Shown here piece by piece: positions 42,958 through 51,373 of a stretch of DNA of 51,373 nucleotides. The translations under genes were made by a program, and so were the position numbers. The notes below the pieces were generated by a model. That model worked only from the letters and a program-made list of their open reading frames with translations, ran no database searches and was not told the DNA's origin. Every line of letters starts with the position of its first letter. The first letter of the stretch is position 1. The stretch comes from Balneolales bacterium (GTDB lineage: Bacteria; Bacteroidota; Rhodothermia; Balneolales; Balneolaceae): positions 1 through 51,373 of the forward strand of contig JAURMN010000045.1 in assembly GCA_030830725.1 (NCBI GenBank), written 5' to 3'.

Positions 42958-43700
42958 CAACGTTATCAGCAGGTGGATCGGTTACATTAGTCATTATTCC
43001 TACGTATAGTGAGTTGAAAAATGTCCCTGTGGTGATCCGAAGGTTGATGGAGCTCTCGGAGGCTCCAGATGTATTGTTTATTGATGATGCCTCGCCAGAT
43101 GGGACTGCAGATGTGATACGTGAACAACAATCCTTGTACCCTGGCAGGATTCATCTGGTGGAGCGAAGCGGGAAATTAGGACTGGGCACGGCCTATGTGA
43201 CGGGATTCCGATACGCACTTGAAAAAGAATATCGCTACATCTGTGAAATGGATTGTGACCTGTCTCATTCTCCTGAAGATATTCCTCGGTTGGTGGATTT
43301 TGTGCGAACTGGAGAAGCAGATCTAGCCATCGGATCTCGATATTGTGATGGAATTTCGATCATTAACTGGCCACTGTCTCGATTGATTTTATCCTATTCT
43401 GCCAATGTATACGCCCGGATGATTACCGGACTCCCGGTTTTTGATACTACTGCTGGATTTAAATGTATTCGTCGGGAAGTATTAGAGTCTATCGACATCG
43501 AGAAGATTCGTTCCAATGGATACGCTTTTCAGATCGAGCTTCATTTTAGAGCATGGAAAGCTGGTTTTCGTCTGGGTGAAGTATCGATCATTTTTCGAGA
43601 GCGGGAGGAAGGAGTATCCAAAATGACTAAAAAGATTGTAAGGGAAGCGATCTGGAGGGTATGGGCACTGAAAATTCGATCTTTATTCGGGATGCTTTAA
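42954..43700 (+). CDS. Polyprenol-monophosphate mannose (or glucose) synthase, DPM1-like GT2
   Basis: VIIPTYSELKNV...FIDDASPDGT...GKLGLGTAY...EMDCDLSH. ATGA overlap with the PGT gene. Confidence 0.8.
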   Translation: MTTLSAGGSVTLVIIPTYSELKNVPVVIRRLMELSEAPDVLFIDDASPDGTADVIREQQSLYPGRIHLVERSGKLGLGTAYVTGFRYALEKEYRYICEMDCDLSHSPEDIPRLVDFVRTGEADLAIGSRYCDGISIINWPLSRLILSYSANVYARMITGLPVFDTTAGFKCIRREVLESIDIEKIRSNGYAFQIELHFRAWKAGFRLGEVSIIFREREEGVSKMTKKIVREAIWRVWALKIRSLFGML

Positions 43701-43786
43701 CCCGGCCTATTTAAAGCTTCCTGTGCGCCTCCTCGAAACAGGCTTTTCACAATGATACAATTCGCAGAGCAAGAAAAAGTGGTCGC

Positions 43787-44485
43787 TTACGTTTCCTTTT
43801 TCTCTCTCAACTTTTGGCATTCACAACTCACGCCATAGTGATTGCAGATCTCGTCATTCGGCACCTTCGAAATCCTTGCTTTACACACAGCGCGACCATG
43901 ATGAATGAGCAAATGTGACAAATCTGTCCAACTCTCTTGAGGAAAGAGAGCCATCAAGTCTTTTTCAATTTTATCGGTATTGGATTTGTGTTTGGTAAGA
44001 CCAAATCGATTTGACAGTCGCTTGACATGGGTGTCCACCACCACGCCGACATTAATTCCAAAGGCATTTCCCAAGACCACATTCGCTGTTTTGCGAGCAG
44101 CTCCTCTGAGTTGGAGTAGTTCATGCATGGTTTGCGGAACCTGACCATGAAACTCCTTAACTAAAGTCTTGGAGGCTTCTTTCAGGGATTTCGCTTTATT
44201 TCGATAAAATCCGGTAGTTTTCACTAATTCTTCCAGTTCCTGCAAGGAAGCTACCGCCATCGTTTCCGGGGTGGGGTAGGCCCTGAACAGTGCCGGAGTC
44301 ACTATGTTTACTCGAACATCGGTGCATTGAGCACTCAGGATTGTGGCGCACAGAAGTTCAAAAGGATTTCGGTAGTCGAGCTCACAGTGAGGGTTGGGAT
44401 AGCGGGCGTATAATTTCTGAAGGAGTTCCAGTGCCCGTTCTTTTTGAGCAGAAGTTTTTCGGGGAAGAGAGGGTTTTTTTGACAT
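43787..44485 (-). CDS. nth: Endonuclease III (HhH-GPD DNA glycosylase/AP lyase)
   Basis: 233 aa from ATG 44485 (MSKKPSL...). NPFELLCATILSAQCTD, HhH ...LRGAARKTANVVL, VDTHV. C-terminal four-Cys tail. Confidence 0.85.
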   Translation of the reverse strand: MSKKPSLPRKTSAQKERALELLQKLYARYPNPHCELDYRNPFELLCATILSAQCTDVRVNIVTPALFRAYPTPETMAVASLQELEELVKTTGFYRNKAKSLKEASKTLVKEFHGQVPQTMHELLQLRGAARKTANVVLGNAFGINVGVVVDTHVKRLSNRFGLTKHKSNTDKIEKDLMALFPQESWTDLSHLLIHHGRAVCKARISKVPNDEICNHYGVSCECQKLREKKET

Positions 44486-44549
44486 GAACGTAAAATACAC
44501 TTTTTTGCAGCTGTACCGCAGAGGAAAGACTCCAGATGTAGAAAGCGTT

Positions 44550-45797
44550 ATGTATCTTGTATCAATGCGATCACGACTCTCACTCATCCTCTTTTTTTTA
44601 GCCTACATTCTTAGTTTTGTAGATCGCCAGATTGTGGCTGTTCTTGGGGTTCAGATTCGGGATGCCTTTTCTCTGGACAATGTGCAAATCGGACTGTTAT
44701 ATGGTTCGGCGTTTTCTGTGATGTATGCGTTGGCCGGAATTCCGATGGGATGGCTTGCGGATCGGATTTCACGTAAGTGGATGATCGTGACCGGGATTTT
44801 GGGATGGAGTTTGATGACCATGTGGAGTGGTTGGGCGACGTCTATTTCTATGTTGATTACAGCCCGAATGCTATTAGGTGTGAGTCAGGCTATGTTGAGT
44901 CCGGCTGTCTACTCTTTTTTGGCGGTGCACTACTCGGCTTCCCAACGTGCCACGATCTTTTCCATTTATGCCTCCGGTATTTTTATCGGAGTGGGACTCT
45001 CCTTTCTGGCTGGTGGCACCATAGCACAGCTTTATGATTGGCAGACGGCCATGATTGCTGTGGCCTGGCCTGGGTTCATTGTAGCTGCTCTGATCGTTTT
45101 TTTGGTGCATGAACCGGCACGCACTTTACCCAACTCCTCTATCATCGTAAAGATGGACGTTTCGTATGGACCATGGCTGTCCTCAGCAAAACGAATGTTC
45201 CGAAATCGTTCTATTTTTTTGCATATGACTGGGTTTTCGTTACTCGCATGCACGGGATACACACTATTGGCCTTCATTTCGATTCTTTTTCAGGATGTAT
45301 ACCAACGCTCGGATTTGACACCAAGTTTTGGATGGTTCTTTTTTGGTGTAGCGCTTATGGTCATCTTATCGGGTAAACTCGCAGATCTTCTTGCTCGTCA
45401 CAAACCTTCTCGACGATATTGGATGGGAATCGTATCGGCGGCCGCCCTTCCGCTTTATGTGATTGCCCTTAAAAGTTCAGATGCAGGTACAGCCTTTTGG
45501 TTTCTGGGATTGGGTGTGTTAATTGGCTCTTCTTACAATGGTGTTGCCACGGCTATTTTGCACGATTATATCGCAGATGATCAGAGAGGTTTTATCACCG
45601 GGCTCTATTTGTTTGTGGTGAGTATTGCCGGATTTGGATTGGGACCACCTTTGGCCGGGTTTTTGATGGATACGGTATTTGAGGGACCACAAGCAGTGCA
45701 AAATTCCTTAATTGCCCTGATTACGGTCTGTAATCTGCTTGCGATGGTGTTTTTCTTCATTGCTGAAAAACGCCACGAATCCGATGCGGTGAGGTGA
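44550..45797 (+). CDS. MFS transporter (unknown substrate)
   Basis: FVDRQIVAVLGVQIRD...GWLADRISRKWMIV and ~12 TM. Start uncertain: 44484 as listed overlaps nth; 44550 or 44565 are more plausible. Confidence 0.7.
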   Translation: MYLVSMRSRLSLILFFLAYILSFVDRQIVAVLGVQIRDAFSLDNVQIGLLYGSAFSVMYALAGIPMGWLADRISRKWMIVTGILGWSLMTMWSGWATSISMLITARMLLGVSQAMLSPAVYSFLAVHYSASQRATIFSIYASGIFIGVGLSFLAGGTIAQLYDWQTAMIAVAWPGFIVAALIVFLVHEPARTLPNSSIIVKMDVSYGPWLSSAKRMFRNRSIFLHMTGFSLLACTGYTLLAFISILFQDVYQRSDLTPSFGWFFFGVALMVILSGKLADLLARHKPSRRYWMGIVSAAALPLYVIALKSSDAGTAFWFLGLGVLIGSSYNGVATAILHDYIADDQRGFITGLYLFVVSIAGFGLGPPLAGFLMDTVFEGPQAVQNSLIALITVCNLLAMVFFFIAEKRHESDAVR

Positions 45798-45866
45798 ATC
45801 TCCACTCCCAAGTAATACAGCTCTAATCATCTTGTCGAAGTCAGGATGACTTGTCAGATAAAGGGC

Positions 45867-47261
45867 TCAATCCAGATCTTTGAGTGCTCCTGCCAAAGCT
45901 TGTAATGACTGCTTGGCATCCCCGAAAAACATCTGATTGTTTTCCAAATAAAACAATTCATTATCTATTCCTGCAAAACCTGGGCTCATACTCCGTTTGA
46001 AGACAATGGTCCGCTTCGCTTCCTCCACGTTTAAAACCGGCATTCCATAAATCGGAGAGGCAGGATTGGTTTTGGCAGCCGGATTAACTACATCATTTGC
46101 ACCAATGATCAGGACTACATCTGTACTGGGGAATTCCGGGTTAATTTGATCCATATCATAGAGTTGATCGTACGGCACATCCGCTTCGGCCAGAAGCACA
46201 TTCATGTGACCTGGCATTCGGCCAGCTACCGGGTGAATTCCATATTTGACTTGAACACCTTTTTTCTCCAGAATAGCCGCCACTTCCTTCACCACGTGCT
46301 GCGCTTGAGCGACAGCCAGTCCATAACCAGGCACAATGACTACTTTCGATGCATACGCACACTGTACGGCCGCATCCTCGGCTGATGTTTCGCGAATTGT
46401 AAGATCTCCAATAGCTCCACTACCCGCGGCAGCGCCACCTTGATCTCCACCAAACGCACCAAATATGACATTGGTAAGCGTACGATTCATCGCCTTACAC
46501 ATAATGTTTGTTAGGATGAGCCCGGCGGCTCCGACCAAAGCTCCAGAGACGATGAGTAATTGATTTCCCAGCACGAATCCAGCAAATGATGCCGCGATCC
46601 CGGAGAGAGAATTCAGCAGCGAAATCACCACAGGCATATCTGCACCCCCGATCGGAATCACCATCAAGATTCCCAGCAGCAAAGAGACGCCCATCACAAT
46701 CCAAAAGAGGGTTGGATCCTCAGGCACTACTGCAAAATATCCTGAAAGTCCTAGCAAACCGATGATCAGCGCAATGTTGAACAGATTTTGTCCTGGGAAC
46801 GTGATCGGTTTCCCGGTGATAAATCCCTGGAGCTTCCCAAACGCAATAAACGAACCGGTAAAGGTTACCGCCCCAATCAACACACTTAATGAGATCGTGA
46901 CCAACGAAAATATATCGAGACCAACTGCGGATACCCTACTGAGTTCACCCCATGCCACCAACGCCGATGCAGCTCCTCCAAAACCATTAAAGAGTGCCAC
47001 TAATTCTGGCATTGAGGTCATTTCAACTTTCCGAGCAGCCACCCCACCGACCAAAGATCCCACCACAATTCCAGCTATAATCCAATCAAACGTGAGGATA
47101 TTTCGGTCCAAAAGGGTTACGGCCACGCCAATCAACATCCCCAAAGCAGCGTACTGATTTCCTTTTCGGGCCGTTGCAGGCGAGCCCAAACGCTTTACCC
47201 CGACAATAAAAAAGCTGATGGCAACGAGGTAAGTGAGCTGGATAAGTATTGAGAAGTCCAT
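45867..47261 (-). CDS. pntB: NAD(P) transhydrogenase subunit beta
   Basis: 464 aa. N-terminal TM domain and C-terminal dIII domain (VPGYGLAVAQAQH...HPVAGRMPGHMNVLLAEA...). Confidence 0.9.
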   Translation of the reverse strand: MDFSILIQLTYLVAISFFIVGVKRLGSPATARKGNQYAALGMLIGVAVTLLDRNILTFDWIIAGIVVGSLVGGVAARKVEMTSMPELVALFNGFGGAASALVAWGELSRVSAVGLDIFSLVTISLSVLIGAVTFTGSFIAFGKLQGFITGKPITFPGQNLFNIALIIGLLGLSGYFAVVPEDPTLFWIVMGVSLLLGILMVIPIGGADMPVVISLLNSLSGIAASFAGFVLGNQLLIVSGALVGAAGLILTNIMCKAMNRTLTNVIFGAFGGDQGGAAAGSGAIGDLTIRETSAEDAAVQCAYASKVVIVPGYGLAVAQAQHVVKEVAAILEKKGVQVKYGIHPVAGRMPGHMNVLLAEADVPYDQLYDMDQINPEFPSTDVVLIIGANDVVNPAAKTNPASPIYGMPVLNVEEAKRTIVFKRSMSPGFAGIDNELFYLENNQMFFGDAKQSLQALAGALKDLD

Positions 47262-47263
47262 AG

Positions 47264-47575
47264 TTACGAGCCCTTCTTTTTAAACATTTCCAGCATGCGG
47301 TCGGTGACCAAAAACCCACCAACCACATTGATCGTCGCAAAAATAATGGCAATCAACCCGATAAGCTTGGTGACCATGCCGCCCGTCTCCCCGCTGTCAG
47401 CACCGGCAATCAATAGGGCACCTACCAAGGTCACCCCCGAAATCGCATTAGCACCGGACATCAACGGTGTATGAAGTGTAGGCGGAACTTTCGAGATCAA
47501 CTCAAATCCGACAAACGAAGCCAGTACGAACAAAAAGAGGTTGAAAATGAGTTGCTGGATGAGGATTGGATCCAT
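47264..47575 (-). CDS. pntAB: NAD(P) transhydrogenase subunit alpha part 2 (membrane)
   Basis: 103 aa, 3-4 TM. HTPLMSGANAISG motif. Confidence 0.85.
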   Translation of the reverse strand: MDPILIQQLIFNLFLFVLASFVGFELISKVPPTLHTPLMSGANAISGVTLVGALLIAGADSGETGGMVTKLIGLIAIIFATINVVGGFLVTDRMLEMFKKKGS

Positions 47576-47621
47576 AGCCGTTGGGTTTTATCAGTTGTTT
47601 AACTTCGTTAATTCGCCTAGT

Positions 47622-48722
47622 CTATTCGCCTCTACCCGCCACAATTGACTCGGCAATAATTTCATCAGAGTAATCCAAAACAAGTGCCCCGTCCTTGACC
47701 AATAAATCAAGCAGGTTTGACATATTCTTCGCATATAATCGACTGGCATGGAAGGCAAGTGTACCAGGCAGGTTCACCGGACCGATGACCTTCACGCCAT
47801 TGTGCACTACCGTTTCGCCCGCCTTGGTAAGTTCGCAATTCCCGCCTTGCTCGGCTGCTATATCGACGATTACTGACCCTGGCGCCATACCGTCCACCAT
47901 CTCGCGGGTAATCAAGCGCGGCGCCGGGCGACCCGGAATCAACGCCGTGGTCACCACGATGTCTGATTTGGCAATATGCCGCGCCAACACCTCTCGCTGA
48001 ATTTCCTGATTTTTAGCCGAAAGCTCTTTTGCATATCCGCCTTTGGTTTCGGTGTCTTCCTCTTCGAGCGGAACATCCACAAAACTGGCCCCGAGACTCT
48101 CCACCTGCTCTTTCACAGCCGGTCGCACATCAAACGCTTCCACCTTGGCGCCCAATCGTTTCGCCGTGGCAATCGCCTGTAGTCCCGCCACACCGGCACC
48201 TAAAATCAACGCCTTGCCCGGTGGCACCGTCCCGGCTGCGGTCATCATCATCGGCAGATATTTATCCAACGCCCCTGCCGCCAACAGCACCGCTTTATAT
48301 CCGGCAATATTACTCATCGAGGAGAGCGCATCCATACTTTGCGCGCGGCTGATCCGCGGAATCGCATCCATGGCAAAGACCGGATTCCCCAATGCTTCCA
48401 ACTGAGCAGCCAACTCAGGATTCGACTTCGCCCATACAAAGGAGATGGTCACTGCACCTTTCCGAAGTGTTTTCAAATCCTCCATAGATGGCAATTGCAC
48501 CGCCAACAAAAGATCCGCTTTCCCCAAAATCGACGCACGATCCCCCAGCGATGCCCCTGCCTCCTGATACATGGCATCGGTGTAACTCGCCTCCACCCCG
48601 GCGCCTTTTTCGATCCAGACTTGTAACCCTTTCCCCGTCAGCGATTTAACCACATCAGGCGTCAATGCAACCCGCGTTTCCTGCACCGCAGTCTCTTTAC
48701 AAACGGCAATTTGTAGTGCCAT
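47622..48722 (-). CDS. pntAA: NAD(P) transhydrogenase subunit alpha part 1 (dI, alanine dehydrogenase-like)
   Basis: MALQIAVCKETAVQETRVALTPD, LGAGVAGLQAIATAKRLGA. ATG 48722 is preferred over the listed 48746. Confidence 0.85.
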   Translation of the reverse strand: MALQIAVCKETAVQETRVALTPDVVKSLTGKGLQVWIEKGAGVEASYTDAMYQEAGASLGDRASILGKADLLLAVQLPSMEDLKTLRKGAVTISFVWAKSNPELAAQLEALGNPVFAMDAIPRISRAQSMDALSSMSNIAGYKAVLLAAGALDKYLPMMMTAAGTVPPGKALILGAGVAGLQAIATAKRLGAKVEAFDVRPAVKEQVESLGASFVDVPLEEEDTETKGGYAKELSAKNQEIQREVLARHIAKSDIVVTTALIPGRPAPRLITREMVDGMAPGSVIVDIAAEQGGNCELTKAGETVVHNGVKVIGPVNLPGTLAFHASRLYAKNMSNLLDLLVKDGALVLDYSDEIIAESIVAGRGE

Positions 48723-48924
48723 ATATACTCCCAGTGTTGAGATCATGTCAATTCAGTCAATGTAGGGTAGATCATCGATTTCTTCAATGCCTATGATCGA
48801 TCAATTCAATGCGAACGAATCCCTCGAAATCCTTACTTTAACTCGTTAGATTTTTTAGGATAGCGGTCAGGCTACCAAACCTGTACACGCTTCCAATACT
48901 GCAACACTCAGAAGCCAAAACAAG

Positions 48925-49875
48925 ATGGAAGATCTCCAAGGAAAAACACTCGACGTCGTGATTATCGGAAGCGGTCCCGCAGGGCTCACAGCGGCTCTTT
49001 ATGCAGCGAGAGCTGATCTCAAACCCTTAGTTTTAGAGGGTCCTGAACCGGGCGGACAATTAATGCAGACCACCGATGTGGAGAATTATCCTGGTTATCC
49101 GGATGGGGTGATGGGACCCAAGATGATGGAAGATTTTCGTACTCAGGCTACTCGTTTCGGTGCCGATTGTCGTTACGGATATGTGACGGCGATTGATTTT
49201 TCGGCTCAGCCCTATAAGATCACAGTGGATGATGAGACAGAACTCTTTGCGAAGGCGATCATTATTTCCACAGGCGCCTCCGCAAAATGGTTGAATATTC
49301 CGAGTGAAACCCGACTCAAAGGTAAAGGCGTGAGCGCGTGTGCGACCTGCGATGGGGCATTTTTCCGTGAGCAGCATGTGGTCGTAGTGGGGGGTGGTGA
49401 TACAGCAATGGAAGAGGCGACGTTCTTAACGAAATTTGCTTCCAAAGTCACGGTAATTCATCGCCGGGATGAGTTGAGAGCGTCTAAGGCGATGCAAACC
49501 CGAGCCTTCAATAACCCGAAAATCGACTTTATCTGGGATAGTGAAGTGGCCGAAGTGATTGGAGATCCGGTGATGACCGGATTAAAAGTACGCAATCTTA
49601 AGACCGACGAAATTACCGAGATGGAGAATGTGACGGGTTTATTTGTCGCGATTGGTCACAAACCCAATACCGACCTTTTCAAAGGAGTGCTCACCATGGA
49701 TGAGGTAGGATATATCCAGACTAAAGGTCAATCTACGGAGACCGACCTGCCCGGCGTCTTTGCCTGTGGCGATGCGATGGATGCGACCTATCGTCAGGCG
49801 GTTACGGCTGCGGGATCGGGATGTAAGGCGGCCTTGGATGCGGAGAGATACCTTGCGGATTTAGAGGATCATTAA
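48925..49875 (+). CDS. trxB: Thioredoxin-disulfide reductase
   Basis: VVIIGSGPAGLTAA, redox-active CATCDG, VVGGGDTAMEEA. Confidence 0.9.
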   Translation: MEDLQGKTLDVVIIGSGPAGLTAALYAARADLKPLVLEGPEPGGQLMQTTDVENYPGYPDGVMGPKMMEDFRTQATRFGADCRYGYVTAIDFSAQPYKITVDDETELFAKAIIISTGASAKWLNIPSETRLKGKGVSACATCDGAFFREQHVVVVGGGDTAMEEATFLTKFASKVTVIHRRDELRASKAMQTRAFNNPKIDFIWDSEVAEVIGDPVMTGLKVRNLKTDEITEMENVTGLFVAIGHKPNTDLFKGVLTMDEVGYIQTKGQSTETDLPGVFACGDAMDATYRQAVTAAGSGCKAALDAERYLADLEDH

Positions 49876-49884
49876 TTCAGTAGA

Positions 49885-50274
49885 TCACTGAACCTCGATC
49901 TTGACTTCTTTTGAAGACCCCTTCTTCTCGTCCAGACGCTTTTTAGATGTGGTTGGATTGGATGCTTCCGAATCATTCGTGTTCGAATCGCTTGTATTCA
50001 CATCTGCGGAAACCACTCTTACCAAGTAGACCCGATAATTGGTCGCATAGAGTAAAACCGCGCTTAATGCGGTAATAATCGGTGCTGAATAGGCTAACAC
50101 TGCCGATCCGGCCACTCCAATCGTGAGTTGACTCTCAAAAAGTATCTTCCCTTCGTCATTCTTCACGATCACTCGACGAGTATTCCCCTCTTTTATGAGT
50201 TTCTCAACCTGATCTTTGATCTGATTTGCCGTTCCTTTGAGCTCATCGATGATTGTTTTTTCTTTATCTGTCAT
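49885..50274 (-). CDS. DUF4342-like small membrane protein
   Basis: 129 aa. RRVIVKNDEGKILFE..LTIGVAGSAVL..AP pattern plus a hydrophobic segment and an S/T/N-rich tail. Confidence 0.6.
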   Translation of the reverse strand: MTDKEKTIIDELKGTANQIKDQVEKLIKEGNTRRVIVKNDEGKILFESQLTIGVAGSAVLAYSAPIITALSAVLLYATNYRVYLVRVVSADVNTSDSNTNDSEASNPTTSKKRLDEKKGSSKEVKIEVQ

Positions 50275-50379
50275 GGGTATCTATCAAATTTTTGATCATT
50301 GCATGTAAGAAATCGCTCTCTCATCTCTTCTATACGCATGAGATTTCGCTAAAGTTTCAGAATACGTATAAAGAAAGTG

Positions 50380-51373
50380 ATGATTGCAACTGTCTATTGT
50401 GGTGTCCCGTTAGGGTTTGATGCCAAATTGATCGATGTGGAGGTGAACCTCAGTCGGGGTTTACCTAAGTTTTTTCTGGTTGGACTTCCCGATCGGGCTG
50501 TGAGTGAATCTCGTGATCGGATCGAGGCCGCGCTACGAAATTCAGGCCTTGAGTTTCCCAGGGGGCGAATCACGGTGAACCTAGCTCCCGCTGATATCCC
50601 TAAGCAGGGATCTGCCTTCGATTTGCCGATTGCTATTTGCCTGATGCAAGTGGCGGGAATGATTACAGAAAGAGAGGTATTGCAAAAGTCGATCAAAGAC
50701 ACCCTTTTTTTGGGTGAATTGGGATTGGACGGGGAGTTGCGCCCAGTTAGAGGTGTGCTCTCCATTGCCCTGGAAGCAAAAGAAAATGGGGTGATGCAAT
50801 TGGTCATACCCTATGCGAATGGTTTGGAAGCATCGCTGGCGGAGGGAGTGCAAGTATTGCCGTTTCGGACACTTCAAGAGGTGATTGCATGGTGCAGGGG
50901 TTCGTTCCCAGATCCACAAATTTATGCGAGATCAATTTCAAAACCGGCCTCGAATGTTTCTACTGATGACCAGATAGATTTTGCAGACGTGAGAGGTCAG
51001 GAGTCGACTCTTCGGGCTATTGAAGTCGCCGCTGCCGGAGGGCATAATCTGTTATTGGTGGGTCCGCCGGGTTCAGGCAAGACGATGATGGCTCGCAGAA
51101 TCCCTACCATTCTGCATCCAATGATGCTCGATGAGGCTCTTGAGGTTACTCGGATTCACTCGGTTGCCGGTATGTTATCAGATGATCATGCATTGATTCG
51201 AATGCGTCCTTTTCGGGCACCGCATCACACGATTTCCACGCCGGCCATGGTAGGGGGCGGAGCGAAGGCCGAGCCGGGTGAAATTTCTCTGGCACATAAT
51301 GGCGTCCTGTTTTTGGATGAATTACCCGAATTTCGACGGGAGGTGATGGAATCTATGCGTCAACCTTTGGAAG
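50380..51373 (+). CDS. comM: Mg-chelatase-like AAA+ protein YifB/ComM, N-terminal 331 codons (continues beyond window)
   Basis: Absent from the ORF track because no stop lies in the window. My own translation gives [38 protein letters not shown]...[20 protein letters not shown]..., Walker [14 protein letters not shown], Walker [11 protein letters not shown]. Confidence 0.85.
   Translation, partial: MIATVYCGVPLGFDAKLIDVEVNLSRGLPKFFLVGLPDRAVSESRDRIEAALRNSGLEFPRGRITVNLAPADIPKQGSAFDLPIAICLMQVAGMITEREVLQKSIKDTLFLGELGLDGELRPVRGVLSIALEAKENGVMQLVIPYANGLEASLAEGVQVLPFRTLQEVIAWCRGSFPDPQIYARSISKPASNVSTDDQIDFADVRGQESTLRAIEVAAAGGHNLLLVGPPGSGKTMMARRIPTILHPMMLDEALEVTRIHSVAGMLSDDHALIRMRPFRAPHHTISTPAMVGGGAKAEPGEISLAHNGVLFLDELPEFRREVMESMRQPLE

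Noticed and set aside
46762-47157. 131-aa plus-strand ORF; also 48043..48405 and 48029..48352
   Set aside because: These are antisense to pntB and pntAA, and they give proline/alanine-rich nonsense translations.

Overview
Gene-dense chromosomal core region with about 48 genes and 2 tRNAs. I saw no transposases, integrases, CRISPR arrays or rRNA. It most likely comes from an FCB-group bacterium (Bacteroidota / Balneolota / Rhodothermota-like). Supporting signs are the absence of Shine-Dalgarno sequences, a TAnnTTTG-type -7 box, a T9SS-type C-terminal sorting domain, and an archaeal/eukaryote-type ProRS. Content is mostly housekeeping: serC, proS, aspS, tgt, nth, trxB, sodA, pntAA/AB/B, sthA-like, nnr, hflKC, comM, crtI and rlpA. 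Accessory modules are: (i) a SusC/D-less beta-1,3-glucan locus (MFS, GH16, GluP, LacI, GH3); (ii) a VapBC pair wedged between tRNA-Met and aspS; (iii) a TetR-like / ABC1-kinase pair next to a TonB-dependent receptor; (iv) a PorZ-like T9SS propeller protein translationally coupled to a GT2. That GT2 carries the non-catalytic N-terminal module of a WbaP-type phosphoglycosyltransferase, and a full-length PGT plus a polyprenol-P-mannose synthase lie nearby. Module (iv) is my best candidate for an undescribed system, namely a T9SS cargo-anchoring glycolipid pathway. Other points worth a second look: a Tgt lacking two of three zinc cysteines, an Nth with non-canonical Fe-S cysteine spacing, a bacilliredoxin, a (GGY)9 lipoprotein, orphan terminators suggesting sRNAs or leaders, and shared TGCAAA operator-like palindromes. 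All functional calls rest on motif recognition by eye. No database search was run.
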